From Candidatus Nanopelagicaceae bacterium (GTDB lineage Bacteria; Actinomycetota; Actinomycetes; Nanopelagicales; Nanopelagicaceae): a stretch of DNA of 51,150 nucleotides. Location: NCBI GenBank assembly GCA_044344975.1, contig JBIJBY010000001.1, positions 1 to 51,150 of the forward strand, given 5' to 3'. The notes under the pieces are model-generated. The model saw only the letters and a list, made by a program, of their open reading frames with translations, was not told the origin of the DNA and did no database searches. Both the position numbers and the translations under genes were made by a program. Positions 41,206-51,150 of the stretch are shown one piece after another (position 1 is the first letter of the stretch; each line of letters starts with the position of its first letter).

Positions 41206-44040
41206 GTGGCTAAGGTTCGCGTTCATGAGCTCGCTAAAGAGCTCGGCTTAGAGAGCAAAGCTCTCCTCACCAAATTGCAAGAGTTAGGCGAGTTCGTAAA
41301 GTCCGCCTCTTCAACTCTTGAGCCACCAGTTGTCCGCCGAGTGCGCGATCTCTATCCCAACGCAACCCCAAAAACTGATGGTGATGCGCCCACCACGGCA
41401 AAGAAAGCGCCTGCCAAGAAGGCAACAAAGAAATCCGCCGCAGCAGGAAAAGCAGGAAAGGGTGAGGGCACCCCAAGCGCCGATGAGATTTCTGCGCTCC
41501 TTGCCGAATTGGGACCACTAGTTCCACCACATCTGCAAAATCTCGCGCAGAGCGCAGTTCAAGAGAGCAAACCAAGTACAGCGCCAACTTCAACGCCCTC
41601 TGCAGGAGTTGATTCGAATAATTTAGAGAACAGCGCCACGACAAGTGCGCCAACACCAACTTCGCCAACGGCAAATATTCCGCGTCCGCCAGCCCCATCA
41701 CCAAGCTCGATGAATTTTCCTCGTCCACCGCAGGCGCGACCAGGAAACAATCCATTCTCTTCTGGTGGCCCACGTCCTGCAGCGCCGCGACCTGGTCGGG
41801 GCGGCAATAACCCGTTCATGCCAACAGATGGCGGCGCTCGTCCTGGCGGACCACGCCCCGCAGGCTCTGGTGCGCCAATTCGTCCAGGACAACCAGGTGC
41901 ACGTCCAGGTTTTGGACAGCGCCCAGGCTCCGTGCCAAGCGGTCGACCATTTCCTTCGCGCGATGCTGGCGCAGGGGGCGCTCGTCCAGGTGGGGGTCCT
42001 CGCCCAGGTGGCGGATATTCCAGCTCGGGAGCTCCAGCGCGAAGTGGAAGCGGCGGTCCTAGTTCAGGTGGTCCGGGTGGTCCCGGTCGTGGTGGGCCTG
42101 GCCAAACACGTGGCGCATTTGGTCGTGGCGGCGCTAAAGGTGGAAAGAGTAATCGTCAACAGAAATCTCGAAAGACTCGTCGCGAAGAGATAGATAACTT
42201 ACGCGCACCGACCCTTGGTGGCGCTGTCATTCCTCGAGGCGATGGAAAAACTCCAATACGCATGCGACGTGGTGCAACGTTGATGGACTTCGCCGAGAAG
42301 ATTAATGCTGATGCAGCAGCGCTCGTATCCGCACTCTTTCATTTAGGTGAGATGGTCACGGCAACGCAATCAGTTGATGATGACACCTTTGCCATTCTCG
42401 GTTCTGAACTTGGTTATGACATTCAAATTGTCAGTCCAGAAGATGAAGATCGTGAGCTACTTGAAGATTTCGATATTGATCTCGATGCCGAGCTCTCCGA
42501 TATTGACGAAGATGAACTTACCTCTCGTCCACCAGTTGTCACAGTCATGGGACACGTTGATCACGGTAAAACCTTACTTCTCGATGCGCTTCGAAAGAGC
42601 GATGTCGCAAAGGGCGAGGCCGGTGGCATCACCCAACATATCGGTGCATATCAAATCCGCCATGATCACGATGGAATCGAGCGAGCGATTACTTTCATCG
42701 ATACCCCAGGTCACGAAGCGTTTACCGCAATGCGTGCGCGCGGTGCAAAAGTTACCGACATCGCCGTACTAGTTGTTGCTGCCGATGATGGTGTCATGCC
42801 TCAAACAATCGAAGCGCTTAACCATGCGCAAGCTGCCAACGTTCCAATTGTTGTTGCAGTAAATAAGGTCGATAAAGAGGGGGCAAACCCACAGAAGATC
42901 CGACAACAACTTACTGAGTACAACTTGATCACTGAAGAATATGGTGGAACAACGCTATTCGTTGATGTTTCAGCAAAAACAGGTAAAGGGCTCTCAGAAT
43001 TAGTTGACGCAATTCTGCTTACCGCAGATGCCGCAATCGATCTTCGCGCTATCGCAGCAGGTGAAGCGCGCGGAGTTGCAATCGAAGCGCATCTGGATAA
43101 GGGGCGAGGTGCCGTCGCTACGGTTCTGGTGCAGCGCGGAACGCTCCATGTTGGCGATGCAATTGTTGCTGGTGGAGCATTTGGTCGCGTTCGAGCAATG
43201 CTTGATGAGCACGGCGCAACGGTTGATTCCGCAGGGCCATCACGCCCAGTTCAAGTTCTTGGTTTTACCTCGGTGCCTGATGCCGGAGATTCATTCCTAG
43301 TCGCGGATGAAGATCGGACTGCACGCCAGATCGCTGAAAAGCGCCAAGCTGTGGAACGACATGCTGCTCTTGCCAAGGCGCGCAAGAAAGTCTCACTTGA
43401 AGACTTCCTTGAGCAATCGAAGGTTACGACGCTTAATCTCATTCTTAAGGGAGATGTTGCTGGTTCGGTTGAAGCGCTTGAAGATGCTCTCGTTCAACTA
43501 GATGTGGGCGCTGAAGTAGACCTTCGAGTAATTCATCGAGGAGTTGGCGCAATCACTAAGAGCGATATCACGCTCGCCTCTGCATCTGCTGCGGTGGTAA
43601 TCGGCTTCAACGTTAAGCCAGAGCCACAAACTGCAATCTTCGCCGATCGTGAGGGAGTGGAAGTTCGCTTCTACTCAGTCATCTACGAAGCAATCGAAGA
43701 GGTTGAGAAGGCGCTTAAAGGATTGCTCAAGCCTGAATTCGAAGAGGTCGTACTTGGTTCCGCAGAAGTTCGCGAAGTCTTCAAATCGAGTAAGTTCGGC
43801 AATATCGCTGGCTCCATGGTTAAGGATGGTCTCATCCGACGTAATGCAAAAGCGCGAGTCCTGCGTGAAGGCACCGTCCATGGCAATAATCTCTCTATCG
43901 CATCGCTCAAGCGCTTTAAAGATGATGCAACAGAGGTCAAAGAAGGTTTCGAGTGCGGTATCGGACTGGGCTCCTTCAATGACATCAAGAGCGGTGACAT
44001 CATCGAGGTTTACGAGATGCGTGAGAAGAAGCGTGCCTAA
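41206..44040 (+). CDS. infB: Translation initiation factor IF-2
   Basis: [14 protein letters not shown], Pro/Gly/Arg-rich linker, [30 protein letters not shown]. Confidence 0.98.
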   Translation: MAKVRVHELAKELGLESKALLTKLQELGEFVKSASSTLEPPVVRRVRDLYPNATPKTDGDAPTTAKKAPAKKATKKSAAAGKAGKGEGTPSADEISALLAELGPLVPPHLQNLAQSAVQESKPSTAPTSTPSAGVDSNNLENSATTSAPTPTSPTANIPRPPAPSPSSMNFPRPPQARPGNNPFSSGGPRPAAPRPGRGGNNPFMPTDGGARPGGPRPAGSGAPIRPGQPGARPGFGQRPGSVPSGRPFPSRDAGAGGARPGGGPRPGGGYSSSGAPARSGSGGPSSGGPGGPGRGGPGQTRGAFGRGGAKGGKSNRQQKSRKTRREEIDNLRAPTLGGAVIPRGDGKTPIRMRRGATLMDFAEKINADAAALVSALFHLGEMVTATQSVDDDTFAILGSELGYDIQIVSPEDEDRELLEDFDIDLDAELSDIDEDELTSRPPVVTVMGHVDHGKTLLLDALRKSDVAKGEAGGITQHIGAYQIRHDHDGIERAITFIDTPGHEAFTAMRARGAKVTDIAVLVVAADDGVMPQTIEALNHAQAANVPIVVAVNKVDKEGANPQKIRQQLTEYNLITEEYGGTTLFVDVSAKTGKGLSELVDAILLTADAAIDLRAIAAGEARGVAIEAHLDKGRGAVATVLVQRGTLHVGDAIVAGGAFGRVRAMLDEHGATVDSAGPSRPVQVLGFTSVPDAGDSFLVADEDRTARQIAEKRQAVERHAALAKARKKVSLEDFLEQSKVTTLNLILKGDVAGSVEALEDALVQLDVGAEVDLRVIHRGVGAITKSDITLASASAAVVIGFNVKPEPQTAIFADREGVEVRFYSVIYEAIEEVEKALKGLLKPEFEEVVLGSAEVREVFKSSKFGNIAGSMVKDGLIRRNAKARVLREGTVHGNNLSIASLKRFKDDATEVKEGFECGIGLGSFNDIKSGDIIEVYEMREKKRA

Positions 44041-44516
44041 TGGTCCGAGCTACTCGTTCATTTCGCACACGTAAAGTTGCCGATCGCATCAAAGAGGTCG
44101 TTGCAGCAACGTGTGAAGGAAAAATCAAGGATCCACGTCTTGGTTTTGTCACAATTACTGATGTGCGAGTAACTGGTGATTTGCAAAACGCCTCCATTTT
44201 TTACACCGTACTTGGCGACGATAAAGAGCGAAAGAATTCTGCAATAGCGCTCGAAAGCGCTAAAGGTATTATTCGATCAACATTAGGTCGCGAGTTAGGT
44301 CTTCGCGTTGTGCCGACAATTGAATTTCATCTTGATGCTCTTCCAGAGAGCGCTGCAACGCTGGAAACTTTATTGGCCAAGAGCGCTCAACGAGATATAG
44401 AGCTCGATGCCAAGCGCGCAGGTGCTGGATATGCAGGCGAGAGTGATCCCTATCGAAAACCGCGCACGGTGAGCGATTCTGATAATTCTGAGGGCGAACA
44501 AAGTTCAAAGGCATGA
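44040..44516 (+). CDS. rbfA: Ribosome-binding factor A
   Basis: [29 protein letters not shown]. Confidence 0.95.
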   Translation: MVRATRSFRTRKVADRIKEVVAATCEGKIKDPRLGFVTITDVRVTGDLQNASIFYTVLGDDKERKNSAIALESAKGIIRSTLGRELGLRVVPTIEFHLDALPESAATLETLLAKSAQRDIELDAKRAGAGYAGESDPYRKPRTVSDSDNSEGEQSSKA

Positions 44517-45397
44517 AATCTGGATTTTTAGTTGTCGATAAAGCTGTTGATTTCACTAGCCATGATGTAGTTGCGATTGCACGAAAGGCTCTTCAAGAAC
44601 GGCGCGTCGGTCATGCGGGAACGCTTGATCCGTTTGCAACCGGAACGCTCGTCCTTGGCGTTGGAAACGGCACTCGCTTGTTGCAGTACATCACTGATGG
44701 AAAGAAAAGTTATCAGGGAACGATTCGATTGGGGTCACAAACCACCACTGATGACCTAACTGGTGAAGAAGTCTACGAGAATCGTGTCGGACTCAATTCA
44801 ATTACCGATTCAGCAATTAGTGAAAACTTGAAAAAACAAGTGGGAGAGATCTCTCAGCGCCCAAGTAGTTACTCTGCTATCAAGGTCGATGGAAAGCGCG
44901 CATACGAACTAGCGCGAGCGGGCGAAGCAGTACATTTGAAAGAACGTAAAGTGACTATTTACTCTCTAGAAGTTGAAAAAATTGAGCGCAGCGAATCGGC
45001 AATCGATATCACGATTCGAGTTGAGTGTTCCGCGGGTACTTACATTCGCTCGATTGCTCGGGATCTGGGCCAAGCGCTCAATGTTGGAGGGCACCTGACT
45101 GCCCTTCGCCGTTTACGCGTCGACCCATTTTCGCTCGATGATGCAATCACAATCGATCAATTACGCGAGGAACCCACACTGCTGGGTGTAGATGATGTAA
45201 TTGCTCGAATCTTCGCCCCGCGAAATCTCACTTCAGAAGAGGTCGCAAGCGTGTCTCACGGCAGATCTATTGAACTTCGCGATGAGAGAGAGAAACAGAG
45301 CGCAGCGTTTACCCCGGAAGGGAGATTCATTGCTCTTCTGGCAGAGAAGAGCGGGCGGGCACAACCGATTTTGGTATTTAACCGCGAGAATTCATGA
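44513..45397 (+). CDS. truB: tRNA pseudouridine(55) synthase
   Basis: [39 protein letters not shown]. Confidence 0.97.
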   Translation: MKSGFLVVDKAVDFTSHDVVAIARKALQERRVGHAGTLDPFATGTLVLGVGNGTRLLQYITDGKKSYQGTIRLGSQTTTDDLTGEEVYENRVGLNSITDSAISENLKKQVGEISQRPSSYSAIKVDGKRAYELARAGEAVHLKERKVTIYSLEVEKIERSESAIDITIRVECSAGTYIRSIARDLGQALNVGGHLTALRRLRVDPFSLDDAITIDQLREEPTLLGVDDVIARIFAPRNLTSEEVASVSHGRSIELRDEREKQSAAFTPEGRFIALLAEKSGRAQPILVFNRENS

Positions 45398-45432
45398 ATT
45401 CAGAGTTACTGGTGAGAAAGTAGAATGTGAGA

Positions 45433-46347
45433 ATGCAAAAGAGCGTCGTAGCCATCGGTATCTTTGATGGTGTTCATCGAGGACATCAAAAGATCTTGGC
45501 CCGCGCGCGAGAGATCGCTAACGCGCTTTCGCTTCCAGTTTTTGCTTTGACATTTCACCCACATCCAACGGCAGTGCTCGCACCCGATCGACAACCGCTC
45601 TTACTTTTAAATGTCCATAGTCGCGTCGAGTTGCTTGAGCACTTTGGCGCTGAAGAGGTCGAAGTCATCACCTTTAGTAAAGAGTTTGCGGCGCTTTCGC
45701 CCAGCGCATTTATCGAGGATATTTTGCTTGGACAACTTAACGCTGCGCATGTAGTTGTGGGGGAGAACTTCTCGTTTGGCGCAAAAGCGAGTGGGTCAAT
45801 AGTTGATATCAAGAGGTATGTACATGCCGATTCAGTGCCACTTTTGAGCGATGGCTTAGGTGTCATTTCATCCACTCGGATTCGCGCGGAGATTGCTCAA
45901 GGTCAGATCGAATCTGCGAATACTCTCCTGGGGCGGCCGCACTTTCTCCAAGGTGAAGTCGTCCATGGCGAGAAGAGAGGGCGAGAGATTGGATACCCGA
46001 CGGCGAACCTTGAACAGTTGGTCGGGATGGCGATTCCACCCGATGGAATTTATGCAGGTTACTTAAGTGTCGGAGATAAAGAAGGCGATTACCTTCGAGC
46101 GCCAGCAGCGATTTCCATTGGCACCAATCCCACTTTTCCACCTACCTATCCTGGTGAACGTCCGCGCCAAGTCGAGGCATATGCGCTCGATCGCGATGAC
46201 CTTGACCTTTATGGCCAGCGGGCCTCCATCGAATTTCTCTCTTTTTTACGCCCCACCATCACTTTTCCGGGACTTGAGCCGCTTTTAGTGCAGATGGCCG
46301 AAGATTGCGCTCAGGCTAAACGGGTCATTGAGCGGGTTGGCGCCTAA
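45433..46347 (+). CDS. ribF: Bifunctional riboflavin kinase / FAD synthetase
   Basis: GIFDGVHRGHQ, VVGENFSFG, ISSTRIR, GREIGYPTAN, IGTNPTF. TAGAAT-6nt-ATG supports the 45433 start. Confidence 0.96.
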   Translation: MQKSVVAIGIFDGVHRGHQKILARAREIANALSLPVFALTFHPHPTAVLAPDRQPLLLLNVHSRVELLEHFGAEEVEVITFSKEFAALSPSAFIEDILLGQLNAAHVVVGENFSFGAKASGSIVDIKRYVHADSVPLLSDGLGVISSTRIRAEIAQGQIESANTLLGRPHFLQGEVVHGEKRGREIGYPTANLEQLVGMAIPPDGIYAGYLSVGDKEGDYLRAPAAISIGTNPTFPPTYPGERPRQVEAYALDRDDLDLYGQRASIEFLSFLRPTITFPGLEPLLVQMAEDCAQAKRVIERVGA

Positions 46348-46380
46348 AACCTCGAATTGGGTCATAACCAGACCCGCTGG

Positions 46381-46500
46381 TAGCCTTGGCAGTCGGACAG
46401 GTAGGGAACGGGCCTTCATAGGCCAAAGACCAAATCTGGCGTAAGCACGGCGCACTCCGGGTAAACCCGGCCAAATAGAAATGAAAGTGAGAACGAAACC
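46381..46500 (+). promoter_or_regulatory. rpsO promoter and structured leader (candidate S15 autoregulatory RNA)
   Basis: -10 TAGCCT at 46381. Hairpins GGCCT-TCAT-AGGCC (46411-46424) and CCGGG-TAAA-CCCGG (46457-46470); CAGGT/ATCTG enclosing stem. Confidence 0.55.
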
Positions 46501-46770
46501 ATGGCTTTAGCTCCGGCGAAGAAGAAGGAGATCATCTCCACCTATGGCAAATCTGCTGTAGACACCGGCAGCCCAGAATCACAGATTGCAATGCTCTCGC
46601 AGCGCATCAGTGATCTCACTGAGCATTTAAAGAGTAATGCAAACGACCACCATGGTCGTCGAGGACTTTTGCTTTTAGTTGGACGCCGCCGCCGCTTACT
46701 TCAATATTTGGAAAAGGTCGATATCGAGCGTTACCGCTCAATCGTCGATCGTCTCAGCCTGCGCCGATAA
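46501..46770 (+). CDS. rpsO: 30S ribosomal protein S15
   Basis: [31 protein letters not shown]. Confidence 0.98.
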   Translation: MALAPAKKKEIISTYGKSAVDTGSPESQIAMLSQRISDLTEHLKSNANDHHGRRGLLLLVGRRRRLLQYLEKVDIERYRSIVDRLSLRR

Positions 46771-46816
46771 TAAATTAGAGAAATACAAAACTAGGCGCGA
46801 ACCTTCGCTCGATAGG

Positions 46817-46877
46817 TTGGGGTCCTCGGTAGTGGCTCTCGGATAATCATGCCGACAGCTTCGATCGATGATCTCCA
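46817..46877 (+). ncRNA. Actino-pnp cis-regulatory RNA motif
   Basis: GGTCCTCGGTAGTGGC...GCTTCGATCGATGATC long hairpin in the pnp 5' UTR. Matches the recalled consensus of the actinobacterial pnp leader motif. Confidence 0.75.
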
Positions 46878-46919
46878 TCGCAAGTAGCGGAAAATAATCG
46901 CGAGATATGGAGAGGACCC

Positions 46920-49112
46920 ATGTCGGGTCACGACGCAACAATTCATTCATCAGAGGCAGTAATCGATAACGGAAAATTTGGAAAGCGAATCATTCGCTTC
47001 GAAACCGGACGTATTGCTCGCCAAGCAGCAGGCTCTGCAGTAGTTACGCTCGACGAGGACACCATGCTCCTCTCGGCAACTACAGCTTCCAAAAATCCAA
47101 AGGATCAATTCGACTTCTTTCCATTAACCGTGGATGTTGAAGAGCGAATGTATGCAGTTGGCCGCATCCCAGGATCGTTCTTCCGCCGCGAGGGACGTCC
47201 AAGTGAGGATGCAATTCTTACTTGCCGCCTTATCGATCGACCGCTTCGTCCATCCTTTGTGAAGGGCTTACGAAACGAAGTACAGATTGTCGTTACCGTA
47301 CTTTCACTTAATCCAGCTCATCTATATGACGTTGTAGCGATCAACGCATCATCAATGTCGACCCAGCTTGCAGGATTGCCATTCTCTGGCCCGATTGGTG
47401 GCGTGCGTATTGCGCTCATCGATGGCCAATGGGTTGCATTCCCTACGCACTCTGAACTCGAGCGTGCAGTTTTCGACATGGTCGTTGCTGGACGTATCGC
47501 AGGCGATGATGTTGCGATCATGATGGTCGAAGCAGAGGCAACAACTCACACCATTGAACTAATCAAGGGTGGTGCACAAGCTCCAACTGAAGAGATTGTT
47601 GGCGCAGGACTTGATGCCGCAAAGCCATTTATCAAAGCGCTCTGCGAAGCACAGATTGAATTAGCAAAGGTTGCTGCAAAGCCAACTGCTGAGTTTCCAG
47701 TCTTCCTTGAGTACCAAAGCGATGCGGCTGAGGCTGTAGCGAAGAAGGTTAAGGAAGAGACTGCAAAGGCGCTCACCATAATTTCAAAAGCTGATCGTGA
47801 AGAGAAGCTCGATGCGATTCAGGCAAGTGTGCTTGAGGAGCTGGCTACAGAGTTCGAAGGTCGCGAAAAGGAAGTAAAAGCGGCTTTTAAATCTCTTCAG
47901 AAGAAATTGGTTCGCGATCGAGTACTCCGCGAAAAGGTTCGTATTGATGGTCGCGGTCCGCGCGATATCCGTCCGATCACCGCTGAAGTTGAGGTCGTAC
48001 CTCGCGTCCATGGTTCAGCGCTCTTTGAGCGTGGCGAAACTCAGATTATGGGAATCACCACTCTCAACATGTTGAAGATGGAACAACAGCTCGACACGCT
48101 CAATCCAGAGACCACTAAGCGATACATGCACAATTACAACTTCCCACCATATTCAACCGGTGAGACCGGACGAGTTGGTTCGCCGAAGCGTCGCGAAATT
48201 GGCCATGGCGCACTTGCCGAGCGTGCACTTGTTCCAGTACTTCCATCACGCGAAGAGTTCCCTTATGCAATCCGACAGGTATCCGAGGCCTTTGGTTCCA
48301 ATGGATCAACCTCCATGGGTTCGGTATGTGCATCAACGCTTGCGCTACTCAATGCTGGTGTGCCACTTAAGGCTGCTGTTGCGGGAATCGCAATGGGGTT
48401 GATCTCTGATGAGGTGGATGGCAAGACTGAATATGTTGCAATCACCGACATCCTTGGCGCCGAAGATGCCTTCGGAGATATGGATTTCAAGGTAGCTGGC
48501 ACAAAGGAGTTCGTCACCGCACTCCAGCTTGATACCAAACTCGATGGCATCCCAGCATCTGTGCTCGCTGGGGCGCTACTCCAGGCAAAGGAGGCGCGAC
48601 TTACGATTCTTGGAATCATGAATAGCGCAATCGATACGCCAGATGAGATGAGCTTGCTTGCACCACGAATTATTACTGTGAAGATCAATCCAGATCAGAT
48701 TGGTGCAGTGATTGGGCCAAAGGGCAAGGTCATCAATGAGATTCAAGATCAGACCGGTGCGGAAATCTCCATCGAAGATGATGGAACTATCTACATTGGC
48801 TCGACTGAAGGGGCGGCCGCAGAGGCAGCGAAGGCTCGCGTAATGGCGATTGCCAATCCGCATGTTCCTAAAGTTGGCGAGAAGTACAACGGCACTGTTG
48901 TGAAGATCGCGAACTTTGGCGCCTTCATCACGCTCTATCCGGGCAAAGATGGTCTCCTCCACGTCTCGCAGATTCGCAAGATGCATGGTGGAAAGCGGAT
49001 CGAAAACATTGAAGATGTCATGAAGGTTGGCGATCAAATCGAAGTTGTAATCGGTGAGATCGACGAGAAGGGCAAGCTCTCTCTCGAACCAGTCCTTGCT
49101 AATGCCGAATAA
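46920..49112 (+). CDS. pnp: Polyribonucleotide nucleotidyltransferase (PNPase/GPSI)
   Basis: [52 protein letters not shown] and S1 domains. Confidence 0.98.
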   Translation: MSGHDATIHSSEAVIDNGKFGKRIIRFETGRIARQAAGSAVVTLDEDTMLLSATTASKNPKDQFDFFPLTVDVEERMYAVGRIPGSFFRREGRPSEDAILTCRLIDRPLRPSFVKGLRNEVQIVVTVLSLNPAHLYDVVAINASSMSTQLAGLPFSGPIGGVRIALIDGQWVAFPTHSELERAVFDMVVAGRIAGDDVAIMMVEAEATTHTIELIKGGAQAPTEEIVGAGLDAAKPFIKALCEAQIELAKVAAKPTAEFPVFLEYQSDAAEAVAKKVKEETAKALTIISKADREEKLDAIQASVLEELATEFEGREKEVKAAFKSLQKKLVRDRVLREKVRIDGRGPRDIRPITAEVEVVPRVHGSALFERGETQIMGITTLNMLKMEQQLDTLNPETTKRYMHNYNFPPYSTGETGRVGSPKRREIGHGALAERALVPVLPSREEFPYAIRQVSEAFGSNGSTSMGSVCASTLALLNAGVPLKAAVAGIAMGLISDEVDGKTEYVAITDILGAEDAFGDMDFKVAGTKEFVTALQLDTKLDGIPASVLAGALLQAKEARLTILGIMNSAIDTPDEMSLLAPRIITVKINPDQIGAVIGPKGKVINEIQDQTGAEISIEDDGTIYIGSTEGAAAEAAKARVMAIANPHVPKVGEKYNGTVVKIANFGAFITLYPGKDGLLHVSQIRKMHGGKRIENIEDVMKVGDQIEVVIGEIDEKGKLSLEPVLANAE

Positions 49113-49133
49113 TTAATTACTAAAGCTAACGCT

Positions 49134-51150
<2,017 letters not shown>

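Overview
A gene-dense, roughly 50% GC actinobacterial core-genome segment. Gene order, very short spacers and many leaderless starts suggest a streamlined freshwater acI/Ca. Nanopelagicales-like organism (inference). In order, it holds the gatB 3' part, a DHA2 MFS transporter and a branched-chain amino acid cluster (ilvD, attenuated ilvB-ilvN-ilvC, serA, leuB, ilvE, cimA). Next come xerC, an M23 peptidase and rpsB-tsf-pyrH-frr-cdsA-rlmN. A ~13.4 kb polyamine uptake/catabolism locus follows (two FAD oxidases, a PNPOx-like flavoprotein, class III aminotransferase, Lrp regulator, aminobutyraldehyde dehydrogenase, PotABCD-like ABC transporter, agmatinase-family hydrolase, GabT). The window ends with dxr-rseP-ispG-GNAT-proS, rimP-nusA-infB-rbfA-truB-ribF-rpsO-pnp, an M16 peptidase and dapB, which is cut by the edge. 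I found no tRNA, rRNA, CRISPR, prophage or IS element. The most interesting signals are non-coding: a multi-hairpin leader (candidate riboswitch) inside the polyamine operon, three Lrp-type boxes phased at exactly 31 bp, coupled mini-ORFs upstream of infB, an unannotated ilvB leader peptide/attenuator and a 4x CCGAGAA repeat before ilvC.
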